Assembly: GCA_964188305.1 (NCBI GenBank)
Contig: OZ076885.1
DNA length: 64,000 nucleotides
Direction: 5' to 3' (one strand)
DNA from: Podarcis bocagei
Lineage: Eukaryota
The notes under the pieces: generated by a model
Databases searched by the model: none
The model's input: only the letters and a program-made list of their open reading frames with translations
Told to the model about the DNA's origin: nothing
Made by a program: the position numbers and the translations under genes
Shown: in pieces, positions 37,415 to 50,544 of the stretch
How the letters are laid out: the number at the start of each line of letters is the position of its first letter
Numbering within the stretch: the stretch's first letter is position 1

Positions 37415-38238
37415 GATGGTGAGTGTCTGAAGGCAGTCAGAGGATGAATGGTGGCTAATGGATTGAGGTTGAATCCTGACAAGACGGAAGTGCTGTTTTG
37501 GGGGGACGGGGTGGGCATGTGTCAGGGATTCCCTGGTCCTGAATGGGGTAACTGCCCCTGAAGGAGCAGGTGCACAGCCTTGGGGGTCATTTTGGACTCA
37601 CAACTGTCCATGGAGGCGCAAGTTAATTCTGTATCCAGGGCAGCTGCTTACCATCTGTTGGTACACCGGCTGAGACCCTACTTGCCTACACACTGCCTCG
37701 CCAGAGTGGTACATCTGCTGGTTATCTCCTGCTTGGACTACTGCAATGTGCTCTACATGGGGATACCTTTGAGGGTGACTTGGAAACTACATCTAATCCA
37801 GAATGTGGCAGCTAGATTGGTGACTGGGAGTAGCAGCCGGGACCATACAACACAGGGCCTAAAGGATCTACACTGGCTGCCAGTACATTTCCAAGCACAA
37901 TTCAAAGTGTTGGTTCTGACCTTTAAAGCCCTAAATGGCCTCAGCCCTGTATACTTGAAGGAGCATCTCCACCCCTATCATTCAGCCCAGACACTGAGAT
38001 CTAGCTCTGTGAGAAATGAAGTTACAGGGAACCAGGCATAGGACCTTCTCGGTGGTGGAACGCCCTCCCATCAGATATCAAGGAGATAAAGAACTATACG
38101 ACTTTTAGAAGACATCTGAAGGCAGCCCTTTATAGGGAAGATTTTTTTGTTTGATGTTTTATTATACTTTTATATTTGTTGGAAGCAGCAACCCAGTCAG
38201 ATGGGCTGGGTACAAATAATAAAATTATTATTATTATT
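37415..38238 (+). mobile_element. L2 LINE 3' fragment
   Basis: GVILDSQLSMEAQVNSVSR...LDYCN...LHWLPVHFQAQFKVLVLTFK. Confidence 0.88.
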
Positions 38239-39951
38239 AAATATTCAGCTCTGTGAAACTCAATGAACCTTATTTCTGAGGTTATAGGATGTCACTGTAA
38301 AAACTGGGTGGAAATCAATGTTGTGCTTACATATGTTCTGTCTATAGAAGCCTTGCAGCTTGCTAGACAGAATTATTCCCCTTTTGTTCTTTGGGAGGTT
38401 GTCAGTTTTATGGGGCGGAGGTGTTGTCAGGAAATCCCACTGCACAAGTGGAAAGAATCCCACTCATTGTGCAACTTAGTTCTTGTTCTAAAGCATTTAC
38501 TTGACTAGATTATTAGATAAACAGAATCGAAGTCTTCCTGTGCTTATAAGATATTCCTAGTTGTTCAGAGTAACAGTCAGTCAGTTTCCCACAGTAGTAA
38601 GAGTAACAAAGTGCTTCAGAAAATTATTTTGGCCCACTTGTAATATTTGCAATCTAGCTAATTAAAATGTTGGACACCTAAATTATGGTGCAACAGAGAT
38701 TTTTCCTCATATTCCCTCCTTTAAACTCAGGCTTATGCCTATTATCTACTTAGTGGTTACATCGTGAGCCTGCAAGTACCACTCTTCATCCTAGCATGGG
38801 CACAGGTGCCCATTTTCATAATCATGCAATACTCTGTAGATAAGATTAAAAGGAATTCCTATACATGAGCAATGTCTACGTAGTATTTTGTTCATAGTAG
38901 CCCTCTGATGCTGTTACAACATGTTAAACGCCTTATGGAGATTAGAAGGGGTAACACTGCTACTACAAATGTGGGGAACAGGGAGGATTCTACTTACTAT
39001 AATAAAAATGGATGAAATAAGTTGTATAACTGGGGTGGTAAGGAACTTTCTCTTACAATACTTAAGGATCACCTTCATATTTTTTTAAAGTTGTACCTGT
39101 AGCACATGATGGGATATAGGAAGCACATTGGGATAATATCAGAACCTGGGCTGGCTGTAGCAGCTTCAACATACCTGTTCTTGCTGCTTTTTTGAAAAAC
39201 AGCTTAAATTTATGTTGACTTGTCAAGAGGCAAGATAAGAGGTAAACCAGCCCTTTTAGTAGCTGGTGAACTAAGCCAATGCTTCCTGGCTGTCTTTTGA
39301 CAGCAGCAGTTTACATGCCTACAAAGCAACATACATCTCCCACAAAAGGAACAAACAGACATGCTTTAATAGGTCTGTAAGCATGTGATTTTTATTTTTT
39401 TTTAAGGGTCTTTCCAATACAGTACTTCTGCTGTGTGGCCACAAGCAACAGTGCTGGCATTGGGTGAGAGAATATGGGGCAAAGGCAGCAGGGAGGGAAA
39501 TTTTGGGCTGGCATTTATCCATACTCATATATATTTCTGCAGTTTATTGGGCTTGTACTAGTAACTGCAAAAATTAAACTGTCACATTAGGGCCAGTCTA
39601 AGAAATAATTAAACCTGTGGGCTGGCACTTTTAATCCTAAATAACATTCAGATTATTGTCAACGAGTAGTACATAATTTCATATTACGATGTTAATATTT
39701 AGCATTCAAACAAATTAAGAGCTTGCTGTTTCTTCCTCTAGTTGTTTCCAGGGATTTTTGAGAAAGTAGTCACCAGTACAGCAACTTTTATGAGAAAGCT
39801 ACTTTAAACCACAGTTATTTGGCATGTCAGTTCTTATGCTGGACAGTTGATCAACAAATAGTGCTAAAATTAAGTGTATGTTTTGGTGCAAATAAGAACC
39901 ACTACCAGCTGGTAGTGAGAACTTCTAGTAACTACAACTGGGATTCTAGAC

Positions 39952-40644
39952 CAGTGTTTCCCAACCTTTTTTGGGCAAAGGCACACTTGTTTGATGAAAA
40001 AAATCTCGCGGCACACCACCATTACAGCCCCGTGACGTCAGCGCGCAGCGTCACGCCGGGAGGGACGCACGAAAGTGAAAGTTTTCAATTTTTTTCCCTC
40101 CCCCTTGCCGGGGAACCTCCAAGCTTTGGGGGTGGGGGGGAGGCGGCAGCAAAGCGAGGGACTGAGGGACGGCGGCAGCTGAGGCGGCGGCTGTTGTGGT
40201 GGTGGCGGCGATAGCGGGCGGAGGAGGGGGCGGCGGCGGGGGAGGCGGCGGCGGGTGGAGCAGGAGGGCGGCCGAGGCCGGTGAGGGAGTAGGGTTGCCC
40301 GGGGCTTGAGGAGCCGTCGCCGGGAGTTGCTGCTGCTGTTGTTGCTGCTGCTGCCCGGACATGCCGGCCTCCTCCTCGTCCGCTGTCTCGCGCTCCTCCC
40401 TTTTGCACGCGCTGCCCCGCCGCCGCCCCATTGGCTGGGTCCTGTCAGCTGATCCTGTGTGTGTGTGAGGGGAGAATGGAGAGAGAAACCTCGGCACCAC
40501 CACCGCGGAGCCGCCCCCGGCTCGATGCGGATCCTCGCCGACGCCACCTCTCACCGCCCGACTTGCCCGCCTCCCTCCCACGGCACACCAGTCAACGTCT
40601 CACGGCACACTTGTGTGCCGCGGAACACCGGTTGGGAAACACTG
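39952..40644. mobile_element. Non-autonomous hAT (Charlie-like) transposon with captured CpG-rich interior
   Basis: Perfect 15-bp TIR CAGTGTTTCCCAACC / GGTTGGGAAACACTG; perfect 8-bp TSD TTCTAGAC (39944-39951, 40645-40652). Confidence 0.93.
40165..40395 (-). pseudogene. RANBP9-like exon-1 fragment inside the hAT element
   Basis: gccggcATG at 40362 reads MSGQQQQQQQQQLPATAPQAPGNPTPSPASAALLLHPPPPPPPPPPPPPAIAA, resembling recalled RANBP9 (MSGQ..QQQQQQQQL..AAALLLHPPPPPPP); no SPRY domain follows. Confidence 0.65.
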
Positions 40645-41536
40645 TTCTAGACATTGATTTGTGCATCACTATTTTCCACCTTAAACCCCCCCCCCAAAAA
40701 AAATTGTTCCCAAGAACGTGTTAAAATGGTATGCTTGGGGATGTGCCACCCCCTAGACTGCACATAACTCAGGACACTTATGGACCCCAGCCTCTCTTAT
40801 TCAAAACAGTAATTCAAAAATCAGACAGGTTACGGTCTGGCTCACATGTAATGCTAAACCAGAGAGCAGCATTACATAGATGAGTCTACAGATGCCTGTG
40901 CAAGCTGAAGTTGGCTAAAACTGACCATTTAAAATAAGTGGCTTTTTTGCATTTTAAATAAGTTTCTGCAGTACCCACAGTAGATAATATTAGAGCTGCC
41001 ACATTCCCATTGTGTCTTAGGAGTAAGCTATTTAATGTGTAAGTCTTATTTTTGCTTAGATGGAACAAGTCCGAACTACTAGGTAAAGGCTACCATGTTA
41101 GTTGAAGGATATTAGGATAGAATTAAGATTGTGCTGCCATCTCTTGTTCTGCTGTACTTTTAAAATAATACAGCTCTGAGCCATTGTAAAACAAAACTGC
41201 TCTATCTCTTTTCCTTATTTTCAAAGTTTTAAGACGTACCCAAACTGTAAAGTCTAAATTTCATTTGAAATGAAATAGGACTGGAAAGGAGTACTACTTC
41301 TAAAGGAATCTTTAACCTGTTGGTGAGTTAGTTGTACAAACCCACCAATGTCACATTAACTAAATGTTTCTGCAAAAAAAAAAAAAGTAACAAGATGCTT
41401 GCTACATTGTTTCACATTGCAAGTGTTAAGATTTCACCTCTGTCCAAAGTTTGCCATCTGTACTTTGAGCGAATTTTATATTTAACTTACTGGAGAAACA
41501 CAGTGCAGAGAAACGGTATTACATATGTAAAACTGC

Positions 41537-41542
41537 TTTAAT
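41537..41542 (-). terminator. Candidate NDUFS1 polyadenylation signal ATTAAA
   Basis: ATTAAA on the minus strand ~230 nt after the stop codon. Confidence 0.5.
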
Positions 41543-41768
41543 TTTACATCATGTTTGTACACAATCAGTATACATAATATGTATGTCTAAATACATTCAA
41601 GCTGTGCTGAACATAATTAGCAAATGAACACTGGACAGCTGGCTTTAAATAAACTTTCACCCGCATTCATAAAGAAAGTGGAAACCTAAATAGACCACCA
41701 CAAAATTATTATTTTTGGGGAAAAGTCATAAGAATGCCTGATCCGACACTGGTAACTCTAGGATTTCC

Positions 41769-41860
41769 TTAGCAGATGGAGGGTTCTTCAATAGCCTTGG
41801 CCCCTTCGGTAACCGCTTTAACACATTTAGCCATTGTCTGTGATGCTCTACTAATGGGAT
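41769..41860 (-). CDS. NDUFS1: NDUFS1 last coding exon
   Basis: [32 protein letters not shown]; the 18 exons sum to 2187 nt = 728 aa + stop. Confidence 0.96.
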
Positions 41861-42053
41861 CTGCAAAGAAAAACATGTCTATTACCTCTAGAAGTTTTAA
41901 GACTTACAAGTGTTGTTCACTGAACATGGTATCTGCAATTAAAGTATTTTGCACAGAAACAAAATTGGTATGCCTCTCAACTGAAGAAACGGGAAATATT
42001 ATGTATCCATGTATTAAGTAAGACACACTATTGAGATCATGTACTGCTGTTAC

Positions 42054-42126
42054 CTGTCATATAGAAGTCTTTAACTGTGAGCTGGGGTGGAACAAGAGGA
42101 TCACCAAGAAGTTTCTGATTAACTGC
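42054..42126 (-). CDS. NDUFS1: NDUFS1 coding exon 17
   Basis: [24 protein letters not shown]. Confidence 0.95.
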
Positions 42127-42255
42127 CTGCATTGAAAAAGAATAAGCAGTCATCTTTATGAAAATAATTGTTCTCACTTGCCCTGTGGTACCTTTTTCAG
42201 CAGGACACAAGACACACTTATTTTGCTATCGCTGCATAAATGTAAAACCCCATAC

Positions 42256-42390
42256 CTTTGACAGCTCATTTGCTTGGCTAAAGTAGTTTGCTTCCTCCAC
42301 ATCATCATATCTGACCAAGTTAGGAGATACTTCTTCTAACCTGCTCCTCACTTGATCAAGTGTGTCATAGGGGAGGGTCATGCCAGCTAT
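42256..42390 (-). CDS. NDUFS1: NDUFS1 coding exon 16
   Basis: [45 protein letters not shown]. Confidence 0.96.
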
Positions 42391-42911
42391 CTGAAAAAGA
42401 AAAGCGGGAGGAAGAACCTCAAGACTGGGGTTCAGATTTGTTCCTTCTTGGTAAACACACTACCTTTGCAATGAACATGCTTAAAAGGGTACATCTTGAA
42501 AGGTACAGGATTGTATCCAACTTAGTTATTCAGTATAGGATGCCCCCTTGAAATCAATGGACCTCAGTTAGTCACATCCATTAAGTTCAATGAGTCTACC
42601 TTGTGTAGGATTAAGATCAGATACAATCTGTAATTATTAGGGTAAATAGGGCAACCATTTAGAAAGTAGAATTTCTGATTGGCTCAAGTACAAGAGAAAG
42701 CGAAATGGTTGGCAAATTTGTTTATGCCTAGCATCCCACCCAGGTTTGTTTGAATTTGTGCAGTTCCAAACGGTGTGTCTTAACTGATTCAAACCACTGA
42801 GCAAAATCAACAATATGTTACCATCCTTCTCCAGATAGTCAAGCATGCAAATAAAGTCAGTCCACACACACTTTTAGCAGGATTTGCCAGATATTTCACA
42901 TAAATGGTATA

Positions 42912-43233
42912 CAGTGGTGCCCCTCAAGACGAAGGCCTCGCAAGGTGAAAAACCCGCTAGACGAAAGGGTTTTCCGTTTTTCAATGTGCTTCGCAAGATG
43001 AATTTCCCTATGGGCTTGCTTCGCAAAACGAAAAAGTCTTGCGAGTCTTGCGATTTTTTTCGCCCCCCCCCCTTTTTCTAAGCCGCTAATAGCCTTTTAG
43101 CCGCTAAGCCTTTAATAGCCGCTAAACCGCTAATAGCGCTAAGCCGCTAATAGGGTTGCTTCGCAAGATGAAAAAAACCACTAGACGAAGAGACTCGCGG
43201 AACGGATTAATTTCGTCTTGCGAGGCACCACTG
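42912..43233 (-). mobile_element. Tigger-like MITE family B
   Basis: Reverse-oriented relative of 15679; TA TSD. Confidence 0.88.
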
Positions 43234-43686
43234 TATTTCTAATATTTGCACTTCATAGCAATTCATTTCGGAAGACTGCAGTGCAGTGGAGCTTACAAAT
43301 CAATATAGGATGTCCAGGCCACAGTGCTCATGCCAGAGTTTGGTTTGTCATGATGTCTGAACAAAGGCATGATTGTGTTCCTCAAACCAGCCAGAAACAT
43401 TAAGCTAAGAGCAAACTTGGTTACTGGTCTCTGGATGCTTGGGGAGAGAGAAAACACAAGCCTGGGTTCTGGCATCACAACAAGTCAGACTAACTTGTTT
43501 CCCAGCAGGAGCAGGAGAGGAATCAATCGAGAACCTCTTAGCAACATATACCAGCATACTGCTTCTTCATATTCAACCACGGCTTGTTTTAAAATGTGTA
43601 GTGACATGACACGAGAATCAAAACAGTAGTATAGTAATAAAAAAGACTGTTACTGGAAAGGTCCATTTCTGCTACACTTGCAGTAC

Positions 43687-43862
43687 CTCAGAGATGGCTC
43701 TAATTATTCTCCAGTCTTCTCTTGCCATGCCAGGTGGTGTCACAGCTACTCTGGTTTGTTGAGCTCTACCTTCAGTGTTCACGTACGTTGCAGCCTTTTC
43801 TGTATAAGCTGCTCCTGGAAGAATAACATCCGCCATAGGAGCGCCTACGTCACCATGGTGCC
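43687..43862 (-). CDS. NDUFS1: NDUFS1 coding exon 15
   Basis: [58 protein letters not shown]. Confidence 0.97.
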
Positions 43863-45490
43863 CTGAAACGGAATCCAGTAAAAGTGTCAGTAGCAATGGG
43901 AAACTTCACAGTGCGGCTGTACTGTATGTTTAAATTCCTGTATCCATAAAAGTCTAGATTACATTTCGATAGTTAGGTGAAAATTGCACTCCAAGAACGT
44001 CGCTGATTTCTCTTTTCTGCTGTCTTGGCTTGATTAGTCTCCTTCAGTTCTACTTTTGACTGGCTGAAGTTTGCTTTTTCGGTACTGTGTTTGGATATCC
44101 TGTTTTTATCTCTAGCTACAGCTTTGAAGAAATTGTTATACAAACTGCTACTATTGTCAAGCGATATGCTTGCTGACATCACCTTACAGAGACAGAATGC
44201 CTTTTAATACTTTGTATGTATTTATATATTAAAGCCATACTGTGCCTGTTTTCAAAATGAAGTTCTCAGTTTTAATTTTCTCAGTTGTGGTACCAGAAAC
44301 TTCCCCAGTGCCAACAGATATACTTCCAATATCATCATGTATCCTAACTTTACACCATGCACTGCTAAGTACTCTTTTTATTTTGTACTCTTATTAATCT
44401 TGTATTCTTTTAGCTCTTTCTATCTTTGGGTTACAAACTGCACACTTTTGATTCAGCTTTGGTTCATGGTTTATATGTCTTAGCCAGGACACTGTAAAAG
44501 CCTATACATATTCCCTCAAGAATTCCCCCATTATCAAAGGCTTATCATTTTACCTGCTGGAATTATCAGACCATTTCTTCCAGGTTAAATAGCTCTTCAC
44601 TAATTTGTTCAAGGTAACTTACATTTTAAGCAACTATAAAGAATTCTACCAGTTTAGACAAATTAACTGTGCTAGCTGATAGGATTCATGTAAGGATTCT
44701 TTCCTGGTTACACCAAGTTTCTATGTTGCTTAAAATAACTTAGTTCTCCCAATTTAAGAAGTAATCTGGCTCTCAAACACAAGCTACCCACTCTAGTCAT
44801 CATAGAGGGCACAGCGCAAACACTGACATTAGGTTTAGTTTATTAGGGATAAAGTCCCCTTAAAACACAAATCAGCATTCAACACTTTCCATTTCTTCTG
44901 TGCCAAAGTATACTTCTACTTAACAGCTACTTCTGGCCTTCAAATCAGGAAACAGAACAGAAAATGTACAGCTTTAACATAAAACAAAAATCTCTCAAAC
45001 ACGTTTTTGGGAAAGGCAGAGGGCTGCAGAAATGATGCTTATTTTCTACGCACTTATTTGATGCTTGGTATATTGAGCCTGAGGCAATAGGTATGTGTAA
45101 AGGCAAACATTTCAAACAACAGGTAGAAACATCTGTAATAAGCACAGGTACAACTGGGAGTTAAGCCATTCACCTGAAACATACTTCAGACTCAAACACA
45201 TGTGCGCATTGCCTTAGGTAGCTTACTCCAATTCTTCATTTCTTAGGGATGGATTCAACTAAATAGTTGGATGAGCGGGAGCCAGCACAAGGAGTCCTGC
45301 TAGTGAAAAAGTACTCTCCCCAACACCACCAAATTGGCTTGAGAGGTCAGGAGAACCCTCACAGTAGTGGCGGGGGCAGAGAGGGGAGATAATTTTACCA
45401 GGAAAGCAGAAATGCTTGTGATGAGGAAATGATCCAAATAGAGCAACTTTAAATTCCTCCCTTGATTTGTGATCAAATGGTGCTACTTAC

Positions 45491-45645
45491 CCTGATAAAT
45501 TATAAAGCAATTCTGAGGCAAATCTTGCCGAGTAACACAGCCTGCATCAGCCCCTAAAAGGTACAACACTTTAGGAGGGTTCTTCCGGATCGCATCCACT
45601 CCTGGCTTGTAGCCTAGGTCAAGGGCAGCTACTTGGCTTGCAACC
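45491..45645 (-). CDS. NDUFS1: NDUFS1 coding exon 14
   Basis: [51 protein letters not shown]. Confidence 0.96.
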
Positions 45646-46207
45646 CTGTCGAGGAAGAGATTACAATTTCACCCGATTATCTAAAATTCCTCTCTCAAAA
45701 TCAGATCAGGTAAAATATCCAGGGGGTATAAATCCTAAGTTATTCATTCAGATCCACAGCTATAAAACATGCTGAAAGTTACCAGGGCAAAGCCCAATTA
45801 TTTGAAGCACTTTCTAAACTGTAACAATGCATGAAAACACACAATCACTGAGAAATGGGGGGGGGGAGGCTAATTTGGGACATGTATGTATACTGTACAC
45901 ACACAAAAATGAGCTTTTACCTGGAGTTAGTGTTCCATGCTCAATTTTGAAATAAGTTTCTATTTGGCTCTGAATGCATATGAGCATGTCCTGCTAATCC
46001 CATTACTGGACAATAACCCCTTTATAGATTAAGTTGACAAAATGCTAGGTTCTACAAACAAGCAACCCTTTTGCGACACTTGTTTCCCAGTAAATCTCTT
46101 ATCTTACACTTGAGCCAGATGAATGAAGCCAGCAGCTTTGACCTAGGAAGCCTTTAAACCTCACCATACAAGACAATAAAAAAGGGACGAAGACATGTTG
46201 AGCAAAC

Positions 46208-46368
46208 CTATGAAGAATGTTCATGACTTTCCAGCTGGGATCAGCTCCACTTTTTGTACTTGCATTTTGTGCAATGGTGGAAATGGCTGAATGAATGGCT
46301 GCCCCATCACCACGCTGAAGTGCTGCACTGCCAACCACGACCATTGGCTTTTTAGCCTGGTTCAGGAC
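46208..46368 (-). CDS. NDUFS1: NDUFS1 coding exon 13
   Basis: [53 protein letters not shown]. Confidence 0.96.
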
Positions 46369-46782
46369 CTGTGTGGAAGTTGCAAGAGAGCAGGGTGTTA
46401 ACCTCAGAGCTAACAAACTGAATGAAAAGGCCAACTACAGCTTTTAAAAACAAATATGTGCCACCACTGGCAAATGCGCTGTTAGTAGGCAGTTCCCCTA
46501 TCTGGATGAGGGAGGTGGAATCTGTTTTAGTTGGGGGGGTCATGCTCCCCCAGAGGTATCCAAACTTGGGGGTGGTCCTGGGTCCTTTATTTCCACTGGA
46601 GGGATAAGTGGCCTCTATGGTGTGGAGTGCCTTCTACCAGGCTGCTCTCAAAAGCATACTAAATATGAACCCATACATGAGTACTAAATATCACCACCAT
46701 TTTACAAAATTTAATACCTTGCTACCTTTAATACCTTGATTATAATCTACCACTCCAAAGCACTGCATTTTGTTAAAGGTAC

Positions 46783-46912
46783 CTTGCTGAATGGGTGTTT
46801 TTCTGAAGCAATGTCCAGGAGTATCTGTGGGGAATCTCCCAGGTGATCATATGTGTAAGTCAAGTCAACTGGGCTGCCCACAAGAGCCACTTTAAGTTCA
46901 TTGTGTAGCCAG
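46783..46912 (-). CDS. NDUFS1: NDUFS1 coding exon 12
   Basis: [43 protein letters not shown]. Confidence 0.96.
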
Positions 46913-47071
46913 CTGAAAATGGAGCACGAAAAATGCTATTAAGGTTTTATAATGTGCAGAGAAATCAGTGCATGGTCATTTTATTTTTGCACAATATATT
47001 CTTGCAAAGAGTTCCTTGTACAGAAGCTGCTGAAACTTAACAGATGCGCTGCACCCAAAGACAGGTATCGG

Positions 47072-47205
47072 CAGTGCTTTTTTTTCAGGGGGTTCTCAAG
47101 GGTACGCAGTACTGGCACCATTTTTTTTGTTGTTAAAAAGTGTGGCCCTTGCTGTAACAACTTCATGGTGAGTACCGGTACCTACCTTTCTAGAAAAAAG
47201 CACCG
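47072..47205. mobile_element. Possible degraded TIR MITE
   Basis: CAGTGCTTTTTT / AAAAAAGCACCG termini; no clear TSD. Confidence 0.45.
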
Positions 47206-47683
47206 AGTAGGAGCCCTAATTTTTAAGACATAAAACAGATGCAACACCTTAAATGTATTCAATTGACTTTCTCCTCTCCTGACACATTGCATCAGAGAAT
47301 GTTGTGCTATTTCCCAGATTTTCAGGGACAGCTTGCTAGGCAGCATGAAGACAACTCTAGCAAGGAGATTGTATGAACTGCTTAACATGAATTGAAGATC
47401 TATGATCTTATGAAATGCAGTTTTGGAGCCCTTGCATTTTTTTATTCTGAAAGTACTCCTTTTTCTTAGTACAATAACCACAACAGTCACAGACCCTTAA
47501 TGTGTATATTGCATTAGCACAATGCACAGCAAGTGATATAACTACAGCCATCAAGACATTGTCCAAATTAAATAGTTCCCAGTTTAATACATAGAAGGAC
47601 CCAATATTCCACTTTCAAGATGCAGTTTCTCATTTGCATGGAGCAAGCCATTTAACATCTGCTACTTTCATGAAGCTACAAAC

Positions 47684-47812
47684 CTCTTTCGGATTCTGGC
47701 GTTGAAGAGAGGTGCCTCAAAGCGTGGATTGGTACCAACCAGGAGCAAGACATCTGCCTCTTCCACTCCTGCAATCTTGGTATTAAGCAAGTAATTAGAT
47801 CGCAGGTCTGTT
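47684..47812 (-). CDS. NDUFS1: NDUFS1 coding exon 11
   Basis: [42 protein letters not shown]. Confidence 0.97.
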
Positions 47813-48585
47813 CTGTAACAGAATACACACAAAAAAGGAAAATATGACTGGGGTATTCCAATGGGAAGGACTCTGAAATACCTCTGTTAAGAATTCTTTT
47901 ATTTCATAAAAATACTAGATCTCAAAATAATAAATCCAAATCCTGGTCCTGGATTCCACTGTGCATTAAAATAAACTAATAGGGTCATATGAGCATTTTC
48001 ACTTTCTTCTGTGAAAACGGCTCTATGCTTACTTTATACCTGCCTCTACTAAAACTTACGTGGTCCTCCTAATATATACAGTTCTGATATGTCAAAATTG
48101 ACAACTTACAGGCTGATCCGACATCTGAAGGCAGCCCTGTTTATGGAAGTTTTTAATGTTTGATGTTTTATTGTGCTTTTAATTCTGTTGGGAGTCGCCC
48201 TGAGTGGCTGGGGAAACACAGCCAGATGGGTAGGGTATAAATAATAAAGTTATTTATATTATTATGATGATTATCATCATCATCATCTGAGGATATGCTT
48301 TTCAGGGCCAGCCCTACCATTAAGCAGAATGAGGCCCTCACCTTAGATGGCAAAGGCTGGGAAGTGGCAGCAAGGACGACATCCCAGCCAGTACCCTCTA
48401 AGCTAGCCTGCTGCCCTCAAAAAGACACAGCCTTATCAATGTCAAATATAGATTCAACTGCCTGTCCAATCAGATGGTGAACATGATATTGGGCTCTATC
48501 TTGTCCTAGTCTCAAGCAGAAAATGACTTGGGCTGTCCCTGATGCTTTTAGTCCAGTAGTAGTACAGCTGTCAGCATTAACTTAC

Positions 48586-48731
48586 CCAGCTCCTGCGGTA
48601 GGGAAGACCTCTTCAGTACACAGGTTGTCAGAGTTTACTCTATTCAGCAAGTCTTTAAGAGATACAAGTGCTTCTGCATCCACAAGTCCGCCTGCAATTG
48701 CAGCTATATCATTACCTTGGCTCCCCTGAAG
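48586..48731 (-). CDS. NDUFS1: NDUFS1 coding exon 10
   Basis: [48 protein letters not shown]. Confidence 0.96.
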
Positions 48732-49268
48732 CTGCAAATGAGGAAACAGAAGATGATATGAGATATTATATTAAAATTTTAGCAGCAAATTTGGTACGTT
48801 TTGTGTAAAAAAAAAAAGTGGAAAAGCTTTCATCTTCGACAACTAGAAAAATAGAGAACGGTAAGCCAATTTCCTCTAACCCCCCCCCCCAAATAAAATG
48901 CAGGTGGGACGCATTGCTTATTCTTTTAAATATTCACAAGATTGCAGAGGAGGAAGCAAAACTATCCTGATATGTAAAGGTGGCATTCAAGACATAATAT
49001 GGCTCTTCAGAGTCCACAATGCAAAACAAGTTCCTGAGCTACACCTTAAAATTACAAGATGTGTAATGCAATTAACCCCTGAATTCTAAAGTGAAGAAAG
49101 CATGACTTAAGTTCAAATTTCACTCCCCCAAATTATAAGAACTTTAGTTAATGATTGCAGTGTAGTCATTAGTAATGATTTCATTAGGTTCAGTACTACT
49201 GTGAAAGTAGTCGGTCAAGCACCTTAGCTATGGTCAAAAGTACACTGTAAGAAACAATATTTTCTTAC

Positions 49269-49383
49269 CACTCCTGCCACACGGCTCAAGGCCTCTTCCC
49301 AAGACACGTAAGTGAACAGCCCTTCTTCATTCTTTATCATTGGCTCAATAAGACGCTGACGTTTCAAACCATCATAAGCAAAT
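49269..49383 (-). CDS. NDUFS1: NDUFS1 coding exon 9
   Basis: [38 protein letters not shown]. Confidence 0.96.
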
Positions 49384-49847
49384 CTGGAGTGAAGATCAAG
49401 ATAATGATGAAGCAACTGCTGAAGGAACAACCCAGCTATCAGCAGCTACTTCATTAACAGAGACCTATCAGCATACCACCTTTTCAGAAAGTTTGAATTA
49501 CTTTGTCATTTTCTATGGCACATATACTTAAGTGTTTTGTTCATAACCAGACCTTCTTAAGTGGAAATGGCCAAAGAAAGTTTTAAAAATCTACAATTTT
49601 AAAATTAGGAAAATACAAACATATTAGGCATAATCCTATTGAAGAATATACACAGCTAAGCCCCCAAAATTTCCAGAGGAGATAGCAGTGTTTTGTTGTT
49701 GTTTTTTTTGTGCTGCAACAGAAATTGATCAACATCCATTTGCAAGTAATTCTTGAACTGTTCCTAAATCTTCAAAAATGAAATGAAGAAAGTGTGGTAA
49801 CTGTATATTTTTGTACTAAAATTCTCTTCTGAGAATATCATGTTTTA

Positions 49848-50024
<177 letters not shown>

Positions 50025-50226
50025 TCAATTGCAAAACTTATCTGGATGCTGTTATCTGGAAAACAAATCTCGCACGAAACATTCCCAAATGCTCCCAAGT
50101 TTCTAAGAACTCTAATCATGGACGACAAGAATGACTAACCTCCCATAATATATTGCAAATCAGAAGTCAGCAACTACCAGCACTTAATATAAATTCAGCC
50201 TGTAAAGGACTACTACTATCTCATTA

Positions 50227-50472
50227 CAGTGGTGCCTCGCAAGACGAAATTAATTCGTTCCGCGAGTCTTTTCGTCTTGCGATGTTTTTCGTCTTGCGAA
50301 GCACGGTCCGTCGCAACTGCCTCTTCAAGCGGCTTTAAGAAAAAAGCGAACAAACTCGCAAGACGTTTTCGTCTTGCGAAGCAAGCCCATAGGGAAAATC
50401 GTCTAGCGAAGCAACGCAAAAACCGAAAAACCCTTTTGTCTAGCGAGTTTTTCGTCTTGCGGGGCACCACTG
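50227..50472 (+). mobile_element. Tigger-like MITE family B (shorter variant)
   Basis: Same TIRs; TA TSD. Confidence 0.88.
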
Positions 50473-50544
50473 TACTACCATTCTTTCCTCACCCTTCCTT
50501 TCTCAGTTCTGCAGCCTGAACAGCCCATGCCAGCAGCAGCAGCA

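Noticed and set aside
40038-40581. Long GC-rich ORFs (169-176 aa) as an independent gene
   Set aside because: They lie entirely inside a TIR/TSD-bounded insert, have no following exons or SPRY domain, and GC-rich DNA is stop-poor; treated as captured cargo.
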